64,000 bases of DNA, taken from contig SEFP01000004.1 of assembly GCA_004144185.1 (NCBI GenBank), forward strand, positions 198,746 to 262,745, given 5' to 3'. Below, piece by piece: positions 47,722-58,025 of the stretch. The DNA is from Sphingobacteriales bacterium (GTDB taxonomy: Bacteria > Bacteroidota > Bacteroidia > Chitinophagales > Chitinophagaceae). A program made the position numbers and the translations under genes. The notes below the pieces were generated by a model that ran no database searches, had not been told where the DNA came from, and worked only from the letters and a program-made list of their open reading frames with translations. Within the stretch, counting starts at the first letter, position 1. Each line of letters opens with the position of its first letter.

Positions 47722-48510
47722 TTAGACGGGAATAGCAGGCGAAAGGTTTAGTTGCAATCCATCAAATGCCAAGGCCATGTGCGCGGGGAGGGTTGCGTTG
47801 ACCGCCTGATGAAATCCCATCTGATGGCTGATATGCGTGAAGTAAAGCTGTTTGGCGCCTAAAGACTGTCCTAATGCAATGGCTTCTGCCAGGGTGAAAT
47901 GCGATATGTGAGCTTCCTGCCGCAACGCGTTCAGCACCAGTACGTCCAGTCCCTGGAGCTTAGCCCGCTCGGATTCCGGAATCTGGTTGGCATCGGTGAT
48001 GTACGCAAACGTACCGGTCCGGAACCCCAGTACTTCCATACCGGCATGAAACGTCTGAATCGGCGTGAACAGTCTGCCTGCAATCTCAAACGGCTTTAAT
48101 CCGATCCGGTGCAGCGCAATTTCCGGAACACCCGGATACTTGTGCTCGGCAAACGCATAGGCAAATTCCCGCCGGAGTGCTGTTTCGGTAGCCTCAGTAC
48201 AATACACCGGCATGGCCGCCTGCTGAAGAAAATTGAACGCCCGGATGTCATCCAGTCCGGCAATATGGTCTTTGTGGGCATGGGTCAGCAATACGGCATC
48301 GAGATGCGTCACCTGCGCCCGTAACATCTGGTACCGGAAATCCGGGCCGGTATCGATCACTACCTCCTGCTGATCCCAACGGAGTAGTACACTGCTGCGG
48401 AGTCGCGTATCCTTTGCATCTTCAGAATGGCAAACGGCACACGGACAGGCGATCATCGGAACCCCTTGCGAGGTACCGGTTCCTAAAAAAGTGACTTGTA
48501 ATGGACTCAT
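47722..48510 (-). CDS. MBL-fold metallo-hydrolase (PhnP-like)
   Basis: LLTHAHKDHIAG (HxHxDH) motif and an N-terminal Cys cluster CPCAVCHS. Confidence 0.75.
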   Translation of the reverse strand: MSPLQVTFLGTGTSQGVPMIACPCAVCHSEDAKDTRLRSSVLLRWDQQEVVIDTGPDFRYQMLRAQVTHLDAVLLTHAHKDHIAGLDDIRAFNFLQQAAMPVYCTEATETALRREFAYAFAEHKYPGVPEIALHRIGLKPFEIAGRLFTPIQTFHAGMEVLGFRTGTFAYITDANQIPESERAKLQGLDVLVLNALRQEAHISHFTLAEAIALGQSLGAKQLYFTHISHQMGFHQAVNATLPAHMALAFDGLQLNLSPAIPV

Positions 48511-48821
48511 AATGGAACGTCTGTGGCCGGACGGGTTTCGGGCGTTTCCGGAAGCGATTTAATTGCGGCCGCCTGTTGATAGAACCGGGTCATTTCCGCA
48601 TCGAGCGTATCCGGATGGATTCCAATGGATGGCAGCAGTTCCAGCAAGGCGTTGATCCGTCCTTCCGGCTGTAAAAAGCGATTGACGACCACTACTTTCC
48701 GGTGTTCGAGGAGGCAGGACCCTGATTGAAACGTGCCTTTCTCATAGCGAACGGTATAGGAAGCGGCTTCAAAAAGCTGTTCGAGCTTCCTCAAAGTAGC
48801 GGGTGTATATTTGAAACTCAT
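48507..48821 (-). CDS. Hypothetical protein
   Basis: 104-aa ORF from the ATG at 48821. Its stop overlaps the MBL gene start by 4 nt. I do not recognise the family. Confidence 0.45.
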   Translation of the reverse strand: MSFKYTPATLRKLEQLFEAASYTVRYEKGTFQSGSCLLEHRKVVVVNRFLQPEGRINALLELLPSIGIHPDTLDAEMTRFYQQAAAIKSLPETPETRPATDVPL

Positions 48822-48844
48822 TCCCAACGTTGCAGGATTTCAAA

Positions 48845-49522
48845 ATGACTAAAAGTAGGCTAAGGTGGGCAATTACCACCGTTCTTTTCCTGGTAAGCAG
48901 TCTGGCTACTGTAATGGCTCAGAATCCGTCCAAATACTATGAAGAAATCCCCCGGACGTTTTACGGGGGCTTGCTGGCCGGAGTCAATTTCAGTCAGGTA
49001 GACGGCGATGCGTATGCCGGATACCACAAAGTAGGCTTCAATGTGGGTGGCATTGTTTACACCCGTTTTACCCCACATCTGGCAGCATCTTTGGAAATTC
49101 TGTTTTCCCAGAAAGGTGCCAAGGGCCATCAGGTGCAGCAACTGGGCGTGTCGGATAGTTTTCTGACCGGATACCGGATCAATCTTAATTATGCGGAGAT
49201 TCCGATCATGCTCAATTATTTCGACCGCCGCAAAAGCCATTTCGGAGCCGGATTGTCGTATTCGCAGCTGATCAACGGGGAAGAGCTGATCGAGGTTACG
49301 CGTGGCAATCAGACCAGTGATGTGGATGCCAGTGCCTATCCGTTCCGGAAAAGCGATCTCAACTTTGTAGCCGGCGGCAACCTGCATCTGGTAAAAGGCT
49401 TGTTTCTGAATGCCCGGTTTCAGTACTCCCTGCTGAGTATCCGGAAACAGCATTATCCGGGCATCGGTCGGTCCGATCAGTACAATAATATGTGGGCCGT
49501 CCGGCTGATGTACCTGTTTTAA
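48845..49522 (+). CDS. Outer-membrane beta-barrel protein (PorT/OmpA-beta-barrel-like)
   Basis: It has a signal peptide, alternating hydrophobic beta-strand pattern and a C-terminal aromatic residue (...AVRLMYLF). Confidence 0.65.
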   Translation: MTKSRLRWAITTVLFLVSSLATVMAQNPSKYYEEIPRTFYGGLLAGVNFSQVDGDAYAGYHKVGFNVGGIVYTRFTPHLAASLEILFSQKGAKGHQVQQLGVSDSFLTGYRINLNYAEIPIMLNYFDRRKSHFGAGLSYSQLINGEELIEVTRGNQTSDVDASAYPFRKSDLNFVAGGNLHLVKGLFLNARFQYSLLSIRKQHYPGIGRSDQYNNMWAVRLMYLF

Positions 49523-49561
49523 TAAAACGATTCCGGAACGCATCTGCCTGGTTTGAACCTC

Positions 49562-51043
49562 TTACCGGACGCGCCAGAGCCACTTGTAAAATGAAGCTCC
49601 CGGAATAGGTGTGGTTCTGAACCGGTCATCTTTCTCAAACCGGTTGGTGATGCCCCACCAGGCAACTTTCTGATGAAGCGGCAATTGTTCCAGGATCGCA
49701 GTGCCATTCTGGGTATTGAAAAGAACGAAGTGCTGTGGATAGCCATCAGCCTGTTGCTCTTTTTTTAAAGCTCCATATTCATACAGGTATTTTATGTCCC
49801 GGTTCATGCCTTCGCTGATCCAGATCGGTCCTTTGATTTTTTTGGCATCCTGAGACATTTCTGCAACCATGTAGGGGCTGCCGAAGTACATCCGGTTTCC
49901 GGATGCCCACCGGGAGGTCATCAGCAGCGGCCGGAATAGAACCAAAGCTGCCAGTGCAATATAGGCAACCGGCAGCCAGGAAGACCGGACCCGTTGTAAA
50001 AGCATGGCTGCGGTAACGCACAAACACAACATGGCAATGGCGTTAAGTCCGATGGCCCAACGGGTATTCGGATCTGCCGCAATAGTACCAACCGCCGACA
50101 ACAGGTTCCAGATCAGAAACGAAAGTCCTGTAAAAATGCCTAGCAGCACGACCTGCTTCCGATAGCGCCCCTGAACCGGCTTCCGAAACAGAAATGTAAT
50201 TGCAAAAAGCAGCACAAACAGGTGAAACACTGCGGTCCACGGATGCAGCAAGAATGCCGTTCCGTAATACAGCATCGATGAAAAGCTATAGCTCAATCCA
50301 TTGGAATCCACTGGTTGCTGACGGATACAACACAGATAAATGAAGACCGCATTCAGTGCAAGAGGCGCTCCAAACGCGCCCAATCGTTTAAAGTAGGTTC
50401 CGGAAGCGGTAGGTGCTTTGAGCGTTTTCCAAACCATCAGGAAGGAAGCCAGACCGATGGGAATGACGACCGGATACCGCATACACATAAAAAAGGACAA
50501 CGCCAGCCCTTGTCCCAGCAGCCAGCGGATGCTCTTGCCGGGCTGGTACCGGTAGGCAAGCAGTAACGCATACAAGGTGCCCCAGGCTTCATAGCTGTAG
50601 GGCCGCAACTCACCGGAAAACTGGTACAGCAACGGCGAGGAAAGCAGCAGACCTGTTAGTAGAATCGCTTCTGTTTTGGCGATGTCCAGGGTTCGTAGAA
50701 GCCGATAGGCTGTCCACAGCAAACCTACTGTTCCCCAAAGCGATAGCGAACGGATCCAGACCACAGCGGTGCTGAGTTCCTGCCAGACCCGAAGCAGCAG
50801 GCTGTAGCCCAGCGGGTCGAACAGATACCGGTTGTTTTCACGTACAATGTCTGAAAAGGCACCCCAGGGTGCAAACGGTGCCGTATCGCGTGGAATGCCC
50901 AGCGAAATGTAAAACTGGTTGGCGTCATCAAACCACAGGTACGGATTGGTGAGGACACACAGGTTACCCAATAAGGCGACCACCAAAACAAAAAGGCTGA
51001 AATGACTCCAGCCTTTTTGGGATACGAATGCGGTTGCAGCCAT
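49562..51043 (-). CDS. Polytopic membrane protein, GT-C/GT39 (ArnT/PMT)-like
   Basis: 493 aa with about 10 or more predicted TM segments. The start ATG abuts the stop of the upstream E1 gene (TAGATG). Confidence 0.5.
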   Translation of the reverse strand: MAATAFVSQKGWSHFSLFVLVVALLGNLCVLTNPYLWFDDANQFYISLGIPRDTAPFAPWGAFSDIVRENNRYLFDPLGYSLLLRVWQELSTAVVWIRSLSLWGTVGLLWTAYRLLRTLDIAKTEAILLTGLLLSSPLLYQFSGELRPYSYEAWGTLYALLLAYRYQPGKSIRWLLGQGLALSFFMCMRYPVVIPIGLASFLMVWKTLKAPTASGTYFKRLGAFGAPLALNAVFIYLCCIRQQPVDSNGLSYSFSSMLYYGTAFLLHPWTAVFHLFVLLFAITFLFRKPVQGRYRKQVVLLGIFTGLSFLIWNLLSAVGTIAADPNTRWAIGLNAIAMLCLCVTAAMLLQRVRSSWLPVAYIALAALVLFRPLLMTSRWASGNRMYFGSPYMVAEMSQDAKKIKGPIWISEGMNRDIKYLYEYGALKKEQQADGYPQHFVLFNTQNGTAILEQLPLHQKVAWWGITNRFEKDDRFRTTPIPGASFYKWLWRVR

Positions 51044-53428
51044 CTACTCGGCCATCATTTGCTCGGCCAGCTCGGCAATTTCCTCCGCGTTGGGCTTGGA
51101 GAAATAATCGCCGTCGGTAGCATAGGCGGGGCGGTGTGCTTTGGCTGTAAGCGTGCGCGGCTGGGCATCCAGGAAGCGATAGCCGCCCTGGATTTCCATA
51201 ATCTGCTGGAAGATATACGCACTGGCGCCTCCCGGTACATCTTCGTCGATAATCAGGATGCGACCGGTTTTTTGCAGGCTTTTCACGATCACGCCGGAGG
51301 TGTCGAATGGCAACAGCGTCTGTACATCGATCAGTTCTACAGAGATGCCTGCCGGTTCCAGATACTGCTCGATGGCTTCGGCAATCACCCGCAGGGTAGA
51401 GCCGTAGGAAACGATGGTCAGGTCTTCACCTTCCTGCAGAATTTCCGGAATACCCAGCGGCACGGTGAATTCCATCAGGTTTTGCGGCGTTTTTTCTTTC
51501 AACCGGTAGCCGTTCAGGCATTCTACCACTAGTCCGGGCTCATCGCTCTGAAGCAGCGTGTTGTACATGCCGGCTGCCTGCACCATGTTGCGCGGTACAC
51601 AGACATACATGCCCCGAAGCGCGTTCAGGATCATCCCCATCGGTGAACCGCTGTGCCAGATGCCTTCGAGCCGGTGGCCGCGGGTGCGCACAATCAGCGG
51701 GCATTTCTGGCCGCCCTTGGTGCGATACTGAAGTGTTGCCACATCATCGCTCAACGGTTGGAGGCCATACAGCAGGTAATCGAGGTACTGGATTTCGGCA
51801 ATCGGACGCAGCCCGCGCATGGCAGCACCGATGCCCTGACCGATAATCGTGGCCTCCCGGATACCGGTATCGAAAATGCGGGCGGCACCGTGTTTTTCCT
51901 GAAGACCGGCAAAGCCCTGGTTTACGTCTCCGATCTTACCCAGGTCCTCACCAAAAGCAATGACAGCCGGGTTTTGGGTAAACAGTTCGTCGAAATATTT
52001 ATTCAGCACCTCATAGCCGTTGAGCTGCTGGGCATCGCTGCCATACTGAGCCGCTACGGCCGGCACCTTCAATGCATTTTTGGCTGAAGTACTGTGCAGA
52101 TTGGAGTTAAATTGATCGGCTGCTTTTTCGCGCAGTTCCTGGGCGTACTGGCGCAAAGCCGCTACGGCCGGTGAGGACGCATCCGGAAAAGCACGGAGCA
52201 CGCGGGAGATGGTTTGCAGCACTTCCTTCCGGATCGGTTCTTTAGCCGTGCGCAAGGTATTGAGCATAGCCGAAAACTCACCGGCAGCGGCATTTCCGGA
52301 AAGTGCGGCGTCGATCAGCGTCAGGGCTTTCTCGCGCTGTTCGAAAATAGGTTTCTGGAAGGCCTCCCAGGCACGGCGCTTGGCTTCGCGGGCTTCTTCT
52401 TTGGCTTCGGTTTCGGTCTCAACCAGTTCTGCTTCGGTAGCCAGTTCGTTTTCAAGGATAAACTGCCGCATTTTAACCAGGCAATCCATTTCTTTTTCCC
52501 ATTCCAGCCGTTCGGCGCTTTTGTAGCGCTCATGCGAACCGGAGGTGCTGTGGCCCTGGGGTTGTGTGACTTCCTGGATGTGAAACAGCGCTGGAACGTG
52601 GGTTTCACGGACTTCCTCAATGCCCTGCTGAATGGTATTGACCAGTTCGGCATAATCCCAGCCTTTGGCTTTATGAATGCGGATGCCGCCCACGTTTGGT
52701 TCGTAGCTCATGCCTTTCAGGGCTTCGCTGATCGAATTCTTGGCCGTTTGCAGGTTACGCGGCACCGAGATACCATAACCGTCATCCCATACAAATACCG
52801 CCAGCGGCACTTTAAGTACGGCGGCGGCATTCATGGTTTCCCAGAAATGGCCTTCCGAGGTAGACGCATCACCGATGGTGCAAAACACCACCTCGTTGCC
52901 CCGGTTAGAGAATTTTTCAAATCCGGTTTGTAATCCGCGGATCTGGCGGTAGCATTTGGAGGCAAAGGCCAGTCCCAGGGCGCGCAGCATCTGTCCGCCC
53001 GTAGGCGAAATATCCGAAGACGATTGCGGCGCGGCCAGCAGATCTTTCCAGTTGCCTTCCTCATCGAGCCAGCGGGTGCCGTAATGACCGTTCATCATAC
53101 GGCCTGCGGTAGAAGGCTCCTGCTCAACATCCGGATTGGCGTAAAGCTGCGAGAAAAACTTTTGAATGTCGCTCATGCCGGTTGCAAACATCAGCGTCTG
53201 GTCGCGGTAGTAGCCGCTGCGCAGATCGCCGGGCTGCATCGCTTTGGCGGCAGCAATCTGAGCCAGCTCTTTGCCGTCTCCGAAAATGCCGAACTTGGCT
53301 TTACCGGTCAGCACCTCACGGCGGCCGATCAGCGAGGCTTCGCGCGAAGCCATCGCCAGCCGGTAATCGGCCAGTACGCTGGTTTTGAAATCTTCAAATG
53401 ACAAACGGGATGGGGCGGCTTGAGTCAT
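51044..53428 (-). CDS. Fused 2-oxoacid dehydrogenase E1 component (alpha+beta in one polypeptide)
   Basis: About 794 aa from the ATG at 53428. The N-terminal half is the TPP-binding alpha part (GDASTSEGHFWE) and the C-terminal half is the beta part (FDTGIREATIIG). Confidence 0.85.
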   Translation of the reverse strand: MTQAAPSRLSFEDFKTSVLADYRLAMASREASLIGRREVLTGKAKFGIFGDGKELAQIAAAKAMQPGDLRSGYYRDQTLMFATGMSDIQKFFSQLYANPDVEQEPSTAGRMMNGHYGTRWLDEEGNWKDLLAAPQSSSDISPTGGQMLRALGLAFASKCYRQIRGLQTGFEKFSNRGNEVVFCTIGDASTSEGHFWETMNAAAVLKVPLAVFVWDDGYGISVPRNLQTAKNSISEALKGMSYEPNVGGIRIHKAKGWDYAELVNTIQQGIEEVRETHVPALFHIQEVTQPQGHSTSGSHERYKSAERLEWEKEMDCLVKMRQFILENELATEAELVETETEAKEEAREAKRRAWEAFQKPIFEQREKALTLIDAALSGNAAAGEFSAMLNTLRTAKEPIRKEVLQTISRVLRAFPDASSPAVAALRQYAQELREKAADQFNSNLHSTSAKNALKVPAVAAQYGSDAQQLNGYEVLNKYFDELFTQNPAVIAFGEDLGKIGDVNQGFAGLQEKHGAARIFDTGIREATIIGQGIGAAMRGLRPIAEIQYLDYLLYGLQPLSDDVATLQYRTKGGQKCPLIVRTRGHRLEGIWHSGSPMGMILNALRGMYVCVPRNMVQAAGMYNTLLQSDEPGLVVECLNGYRLKEKTPQNLMEFTVPLGIPEILQEGEDLTIVSYGSTLRVIAEAIEQYLEPAGISVELIDVQTLLPFDTSGVIVKSLQKTGRILIIDEDVPGGASAYIFQQIMEIQGGYRFLDAQPRTLTAKAHRPAYATDGDYFSKPNAEEIAELAEQMMAE

Positions 53429-53551
53429 AACGGTAGAAGGGCGAAAATAATCCACGAATCTTCAAGTTGAGGCGCTTCCGGAAATTCAGTTTAGAAAACC
53501 TGTGTAAAGTCTACTGATGATAGCTGAATATTGCATCCGGAACACACCAGC

Positions 53552-55039
53552 ATGAAAGGAATTCACCGGTATCTGTTAGGGTTGATTATGCTCCTCGCAT
53601 TTGTGTTGCGCTGGTGGGTCATTCATCTGGATCCGTTTCTGCACAACTGGGATGAACGGTTTCATGCGCTGGTTGCCCGCAATCTGATGGAGCATCCGTG
53701 GACCCCACGGCTGCGTCCGGTTTCGCTTACCCCTTTCGATTACAAACTGTGGTGTTGCAACGAAATCTGGGTGCATAAGCAGCCGTTGTTTCTATGGCAG
53801 ATGGCGCTAAGCATGAAGCTGTTTGGCATTTCAGAGTTTACCGTACGCTACCCAAGTTTAATCATAGGCGTCCTGATGGTGCCTATGCTGTACCAATTAG
53901 GAAAATGGTTTTCGGATGGAAACCGTTGGGTAGGGCTGACGGCAGCATTGTTTCAGGCCTGTTCATATTCGCAACTGGAACTGACCAGTGGGATGGAAGG
54001 CATGGATCATAATGATATGGCCATGACATTTTATACGCTGGCTTCGTTTTGGGCGTTCAGCCGATATACACAGGCAAGTCGAGAAACCAAGATAAGGTGG
54101 GCTGTTCTGATTGGTGTATTCGCAGGATGCGCTATCCTGAATAAATGGCTTTTGGGGCTGCTGGTATTCGGCGCGTGGGGCATCTGGTTGCTGGCCTTGT
54201 ATCGACGTGATACCCGGCCGGCTATCTGGAAAAACCTCCGAGAGCTGTTGCTGGCTGTTGGAGCTTGCCTTCTTGTTTTTGTACCCTGGCAGTTGCATAT
54301 CCTGCATGCGTTCCCTCTTGAAACGGCCTATGAGTTTGAATTCAACCGACGCCATATCACCGAAGTGCTGGAAGGGCATGGGGGCGAGGTAGATTATTTC
54401 TGGACTCGCTTAGAAGTTTTCTTCGGACCCGTTGTCTGGATACTCGTACCCGTCAGCTTTTTTTATTTTTTGCGTAAAAATCTAATTCAGGCCATCCGGC
54501 CTGCACAGTTGGCCGTGATGAGCTGCTTTCTGGTAGTGTTTGTCTTTTTATCCTTTATTGTAAAAACAAAAGTCACGTCGCATTTTGTATTTGTGACGCC
54601 TCTGGCATTGGTCATGGTGGCAACAGTGGTAAAAGACATTTGCACAGGAATCCGCAGACCCGTTTGGGTATGGGTACCAATGGCTGTTTTAATTGCATTT
54701 TTACAGTTGCAACATGTCGACATTCTGAAGCGGCATGATCCGACCCAGCCGGACTGGATGGCTAAACAAGCCCGCACCCGGATCTATAAATCGCTGCGTA
54801 GCTACCTCCGGCCTGGTACTACGGTCGTCTTGAATGCACCCGTTTTCGAGGACGTCGAAGCAATGTTCTACAATCCGGGGATCCTGGTAGCCAGTTATGT
54901 GCCTCAAGCGTCTGATTTGCGACAGATCATCCTGAAACGAGCCAAGGTAGCCTATTTCCCGGAGCGGTCCGGCTATGGAGTTCCAGACTACCTGAGAACC
55001 AATCCTAATGCCTACGAACTTCCTGTAGTGCCCCGGTAA
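53552..55039 (+). CDS. GT39/ArnT-like glycosyltransferase (membrane)
   Basis: The ATG at 53552 is used. The N-terminal motif WDERFHALVARNL and multiple TM segments are typical of GT-C family 39/83 enzymes. Confidence 0.65.
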   Translation: MKGIHRYLLGLIMLLAFVLRWWVIHLDPFLHNWDERFHALVARNLMEHPWTPRLRPVSLTPFDYKLWCCNEIWVHKQPLFLWQMALSMKLFGISEFTVRYPSLIIGVLMVPMLYQLGKWFSDGNRWVGLTAALFQACSYSQLELTSGMEGMDHNDMAMTFYTLASFWAFSRYTQASRETKIRWAVLIGVFAGCAILNKWLLGLLVFGAWGIWLLALYRRDTRPAIWKNLRELLLAVGACLLVFVPWQLHILHAFPLETAYEFEFNRRHITEVLEGHGGEVDYFWTRLEVFFGPVVWILVPVSFFYFLRKNLIQAIRPAQLAVMSCFLVVFVFLSFIVKTKVTSHFVFVTPLALVMVATVVKDICTGIRRPVWVWVPMAVLIAFLQLQHVDILKRHDPTQPDWMAKQARTRIYKSLRSYLRPGTTVVLNAPVFEDVEAMFYNPGILVASYVPQASDLRQIILKRAKVAYFPERSGYGVPDYLRTNPNAYELPVVPR

Positions 55040-55057
55040 GATTGATTCCGGAAGTCA

Positions 55058-56032
55058 TTATTTCAGAGAGAACAGGCTATCCACGAAATCTTCCTTATGG
55101 AAAATCTGCAGGTGCTCCATTTTTTCGCCGACGCCGATATACTTCACCGGAATGCCAAACTTGTGTGCAATCGCCAGCACCACGCCGCCTTTAGCGGTGC
55201 CGTCGAGCTTGGTGATGGCCAGGGAGGTGACTTCGGTAGCGGCCGTAAACTGCTTGGCCTGCTCAATGGCATTCTGCCCCGTACTGCCATCGAGCACCAG
55301 CATCACCTCGTGTGGGGCATCCGGAATCTTTTTGGAGATCACGCGGCGGATTTTGGACAGTTCTTCCATCAGGTGTGCCTTGTTGTGCAGCCGGCCTGCG
55401 GTGTCGATCAACACCACATCCACATTCTGCGCCAGCGCTGCTTCAACCGTTTCGAAGGCTACGGCCGACGGATCGGAACCCATCGCTTTTTTGACGATCG
55501 GCACGCCTACGCGTTCGCTCCAGATGGTGAGCTGGTCGACGGCGGCGGCCCGGAAGGTATCGGCGGCACCGAGCAGCACCGACTGACCTGCTTTCTTGAA
55601 ATTATACGCCAGTTTGCCGATGGTCGTGGTTTTACCCACGCCGTTGACACCGACGACCAAAATAATGTAGGGCTTTTTAGGAAGCGGCTGGGCAAAGATG
55701 TTTTCCGGAAGATTGCCGGAAGAACCCATTACTGCTGCCATCTCTTCCTGTAAAATACGGCTGAGTTCCGAAGTGCTGACAAATTTGTCGCGCTTCACCC
55801 GGGCTTCAATGGCTTCGATGATGGCTACGGTGGTTTCGAGACCTACATCAGAGGTGATGAGGGCTTCTTCAAGCGTATCGAGTACCTGCTCGTCGACCGT
55901 ATCCTTACCGGCAACGGCGCGGGTGATCTTGTTTAAAAACCCTTCTTTGGTTTTCTGCAGGCCGGCATCGAGTGCCTCTTTCTGCTCCTGCTGTTCTTTG
56001 TTGCGCTTAAATAACTTGTCGAAAAAGCCCAT
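55058..56032 (-). CDS. ftsY: Signal recognition particle receptor FtsY
   Basis: GVNGVGKTTTIGKLA, DTAGR and TKLDGTAKGG motifs. Confidence 0.95.
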   Translation of the reverse strand: MGFFDKLFKRNKEQQEQKEALDAGLQKTKEGFLNKITRAVAGKDTVDEQVLDTLEEALITSDVGLETTVAIIEAIEARVKRDKFVSTSELSRILQEEMAAVMGSSGNLPENIFAQPLPKKPYIILVVGVNGVGKTTTIGKLAYNFKKAGQSVLLGAADTFRAAAVDQLTIWSERVGVPIVKKAMGSDPSAVAFETVEAALAQNVDVVLIDTAGRLHNKAHLMEELSKIRRVISKKIPDAPHEVMLVLDGSTGQNAIEQAKQFTAATEVTSLAITKLDGTAKGGVVLAIAHKFGIPVKYIGVGEKMEHLQIFHKEDFVDSLFSLK

Positions 56033-56091
56033 GAGAACACAAAGGTAACGGGATTTGACGGTGGGTTGTAAACGTTGATGAGTGGATGGAT

Positions 56092-56508
56092 TCAGTATAG
56101 CCGTTCAGAATCGGAATTAATGAGGTGTATTAACTCTGAAAAGGAGGTTGTAATCAGTTCAGGCTCAGATTTGAAGTCATAGGATTTATAAATCCCATCA
56201 CGCCCTTTAATAAAACTTATTATGGTACCGCGGATTAACCAGTCCGCAAATCCAACAAGATGCTTTTCAGGACTTTGTTGATACTCCTCAAGGATTCGTT
56301 CCAAGGGCCAGATTGAAAACATATTAGATGTCCAATCCCAATCAACAAAGCCATCTAATTGGAGGTAGAATTCCTTGAATGCTTCCGGAAACTCAAAACC
56401 TACTGTTTGTTCGGTTGCAACAATGCGTTCAGGTGTTGCTGGTGCGTTCAACTGGATAGCCTCAGCTGACCACTGTTTAATAGCCAACGAAATCCATGTA
56501 GGTGTCAT
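56092..56508 (-). CDS. SMI1/KNR4-family protein (immunity-protein-like fold)
   Basis: The ATG at 56508 is used. The sequence reads IVATEQTVGFEFPEAFKEFYLQLDGF...WPLERI. Confidence 0.65.
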   Translation of the reverse strand: MTPTWISLAIKQWSAEAIQLNAPATPERIVATEQTVGFEFPEAFKEFYLQLDGFVDWDWTSNMFSIWPLERILEEYQQSPEKHLVGFADWLIRGTIISFIKGRDGIYKSYDFKSEPELITTSFSELIHLINSDSERLY

Positions 56509-56639
56509 AGTATTCAAAAATAGGATTACTTGCCGCCTTCCGGAACATTCGTTTTCGTCTATACTGCCATTTTCGCCGCTTTCACGTTTTGGCACGATAG
56601 CTGTAACGGTCAAACATTCTCACAATCAATGCAACTCGC

Positions 56640-57776
56640 TTGAAAATCGGTATTGTTTGCTATCCCACCTACGGCGGATCGGGCGTGATGGCCACGGAAT
56701 TAGGCAACGGTCTCTCGGAGCGTGGCCATGAGGTACATTTTATCACCTATCAGCAGCCGGTACGACTGACCTTTCATCCCAACATCTACTTCCATGAAGT
56801 GTCGGTGCCGACGTACCCGCTGTTCGATTTTCCGCCGTACGAATCTGCACTGACGTCTACGCTGGTAAATGTCATCCAGACCCACAATCTGGATGTGCTG
56901 CATGTGCATTACGCGATCCCGCACGCCTCGGCTGCGTATTTTGCCAAGCAAATTCTGGCACAAATGGGGCGGGCTATTCCGTTTATCACCACGCTGCACG
57001 GTACGGATATCACACTGGTCGGAAAGGATCCGACGTATAAGCCGGTGGTGACCTTTTCCATGCTGGAGAGTGATGCTATAACGGCGGTGTCTGAAAACCT
57101 GCGGGACGAAACCTACAAAAGCTTTGCGGTCGGCTCGAAAGACATTCTGGTGATTCCCAATTTCGTCGATCTGCGACGCTTCCGGCAAACGGATAAGGCT
57201 CATTTTAAAAAAATGCTGGCGCCCAATGGCGAGCGCATCCTGGCACACACTTCGAACTTCCGGAAAATCAAGCGCATTCCGGATGTTATTAAAGTCTTTG
57301 CCCAGGTGCGTGCGCAGATGCCGTCGAAACTGCTGATGGTGGGCGATGGTCCGGAACGGCAGCATGCGGAAGAACTGGCCCGTTGCCTGGGTGTGTTTCC
57401 GGATGTCCGGTTTCTGGGCAAACAGGATCAGATGGACGAAATCCTGAGCATTGCCGATTTGTTTTTGCTGCCTTCAGAGTATGAAAGCTTTGGACTGGCG
57501 GCTCTTGAAGCGATGGCCTGCGGTGTACCGGTGATCAGCTCCGATGCCGGTGGACTGGGCGAAATCAACGTAGACGGGCAGACCGGGTTTCTGTGTCCGG
57601 TGGGCGATGTAGCCATGATGAGCGAGAAAGCCATTGGACTGCTGAGCTCGGAAGAAAAACTAACCGCCTTCAAAGAAGCGGCATTAGAACAGGCCGCCCG
57701 GTTTTCCCGTGATAAAACCCTGGCGCTGTACGAAGACCTGTACCGGGAAGTAATCGAAAAAGTAACGGTAGCCTGA
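56640..57776 (+). CDS. bshA: N-acetyl-alpha-D-glucosaminyl L-malate synthase (bacillithiol biosynthesis)
   Basis: KIGIVCYPTYGGSGVMATELG... is the canonical BshA N-terminus. The start is a TTG at 56640, with no in-frame ATG upstream. Confidence 0.85.
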   Translation: MKIGIVCYPTYGGSGVMATELGNGLSERGHEVHFITYQQPVRLTFHPNIYFHEVSVPTYPLFDFPPYESALTSTLVNVIQTHNLDVLHVHYAIPHASAAYFAKQILAQMGRAIPFITTLHGTDITLVGKDPTYKPVVTFSMLESDAITAVSENLRDETYKSFAVGSKDILVIPNFVDLRRFRQTDKAHFKKMLAPNGERILAHTSNFRKIKRIPDVIKVFAQVRAQMPSKLLMVGDGPERQHAEELARCLGVFPDVRFLGKQDQMDEILSIADLFLLPSEYESFGLAALEAMACGVPVISSDAGGLGEINVDGQTGFLCPVGDVAMMSEKAIGLLSSEEKLTAFKEAALEQAARFSRDKTLALYEDLYREVIEKVTVA

Positions 57777-58011
57777 ACCCATTAAAAACGTTTGGAGTAG
57801 CTTTTTCCGGAAAAGTCTTTTAGTGATTCAGGGGTAGGCGAATTGTAGATAAGTGTATAGAAGTCCGGCTACTTAGCCCTTCGACACGCTCAGAATGACA
57901 GGTCGAAGCCCAAACGCTTATCGTCAGGTCTTCCGGAAAGAACAATCCCCAAACCTCAAATGCCTGATCCGGGTGGTTCCATAGAATCCGGTGCCGCTGC
58001 GCATTAATGAT

Positions 58012-58019
58012 TAGTTTTG
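58012..58019 (+). promoter_or_regulatory. Candidate -7 box (TAGTTTTG)
   Basis: Matches TAnnTTTG. Only 6 nt separate it from the ATG at 58026. Confidence 0.35.
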
Positions 58020-58025
58020 GCGGTT

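Noticed and set aside
56640-56642. The TTG start of bshA as an anomaly. Non-ATG starts also occur in the SWIM gene (TTG), and in the M28, hutI and CrtA-like genes (GTG).
   Set aside because: The canonical BshA N-terminus (KIGIVCYPTYGGSG) begins immediately after the TTG, and there is no in-frame ATG upstream. Alternative start codons at this frequency are ordinary in bacteria.
57777-58025. A riboswitch or leader in the 249-bp region upstream of the amino-acid permease.
   Set aside because: I could not recognise a conserved riboswitch core (lysine, glycine, SAM or TPP type). The only structured element is a simple hairpin at 57879-57908.
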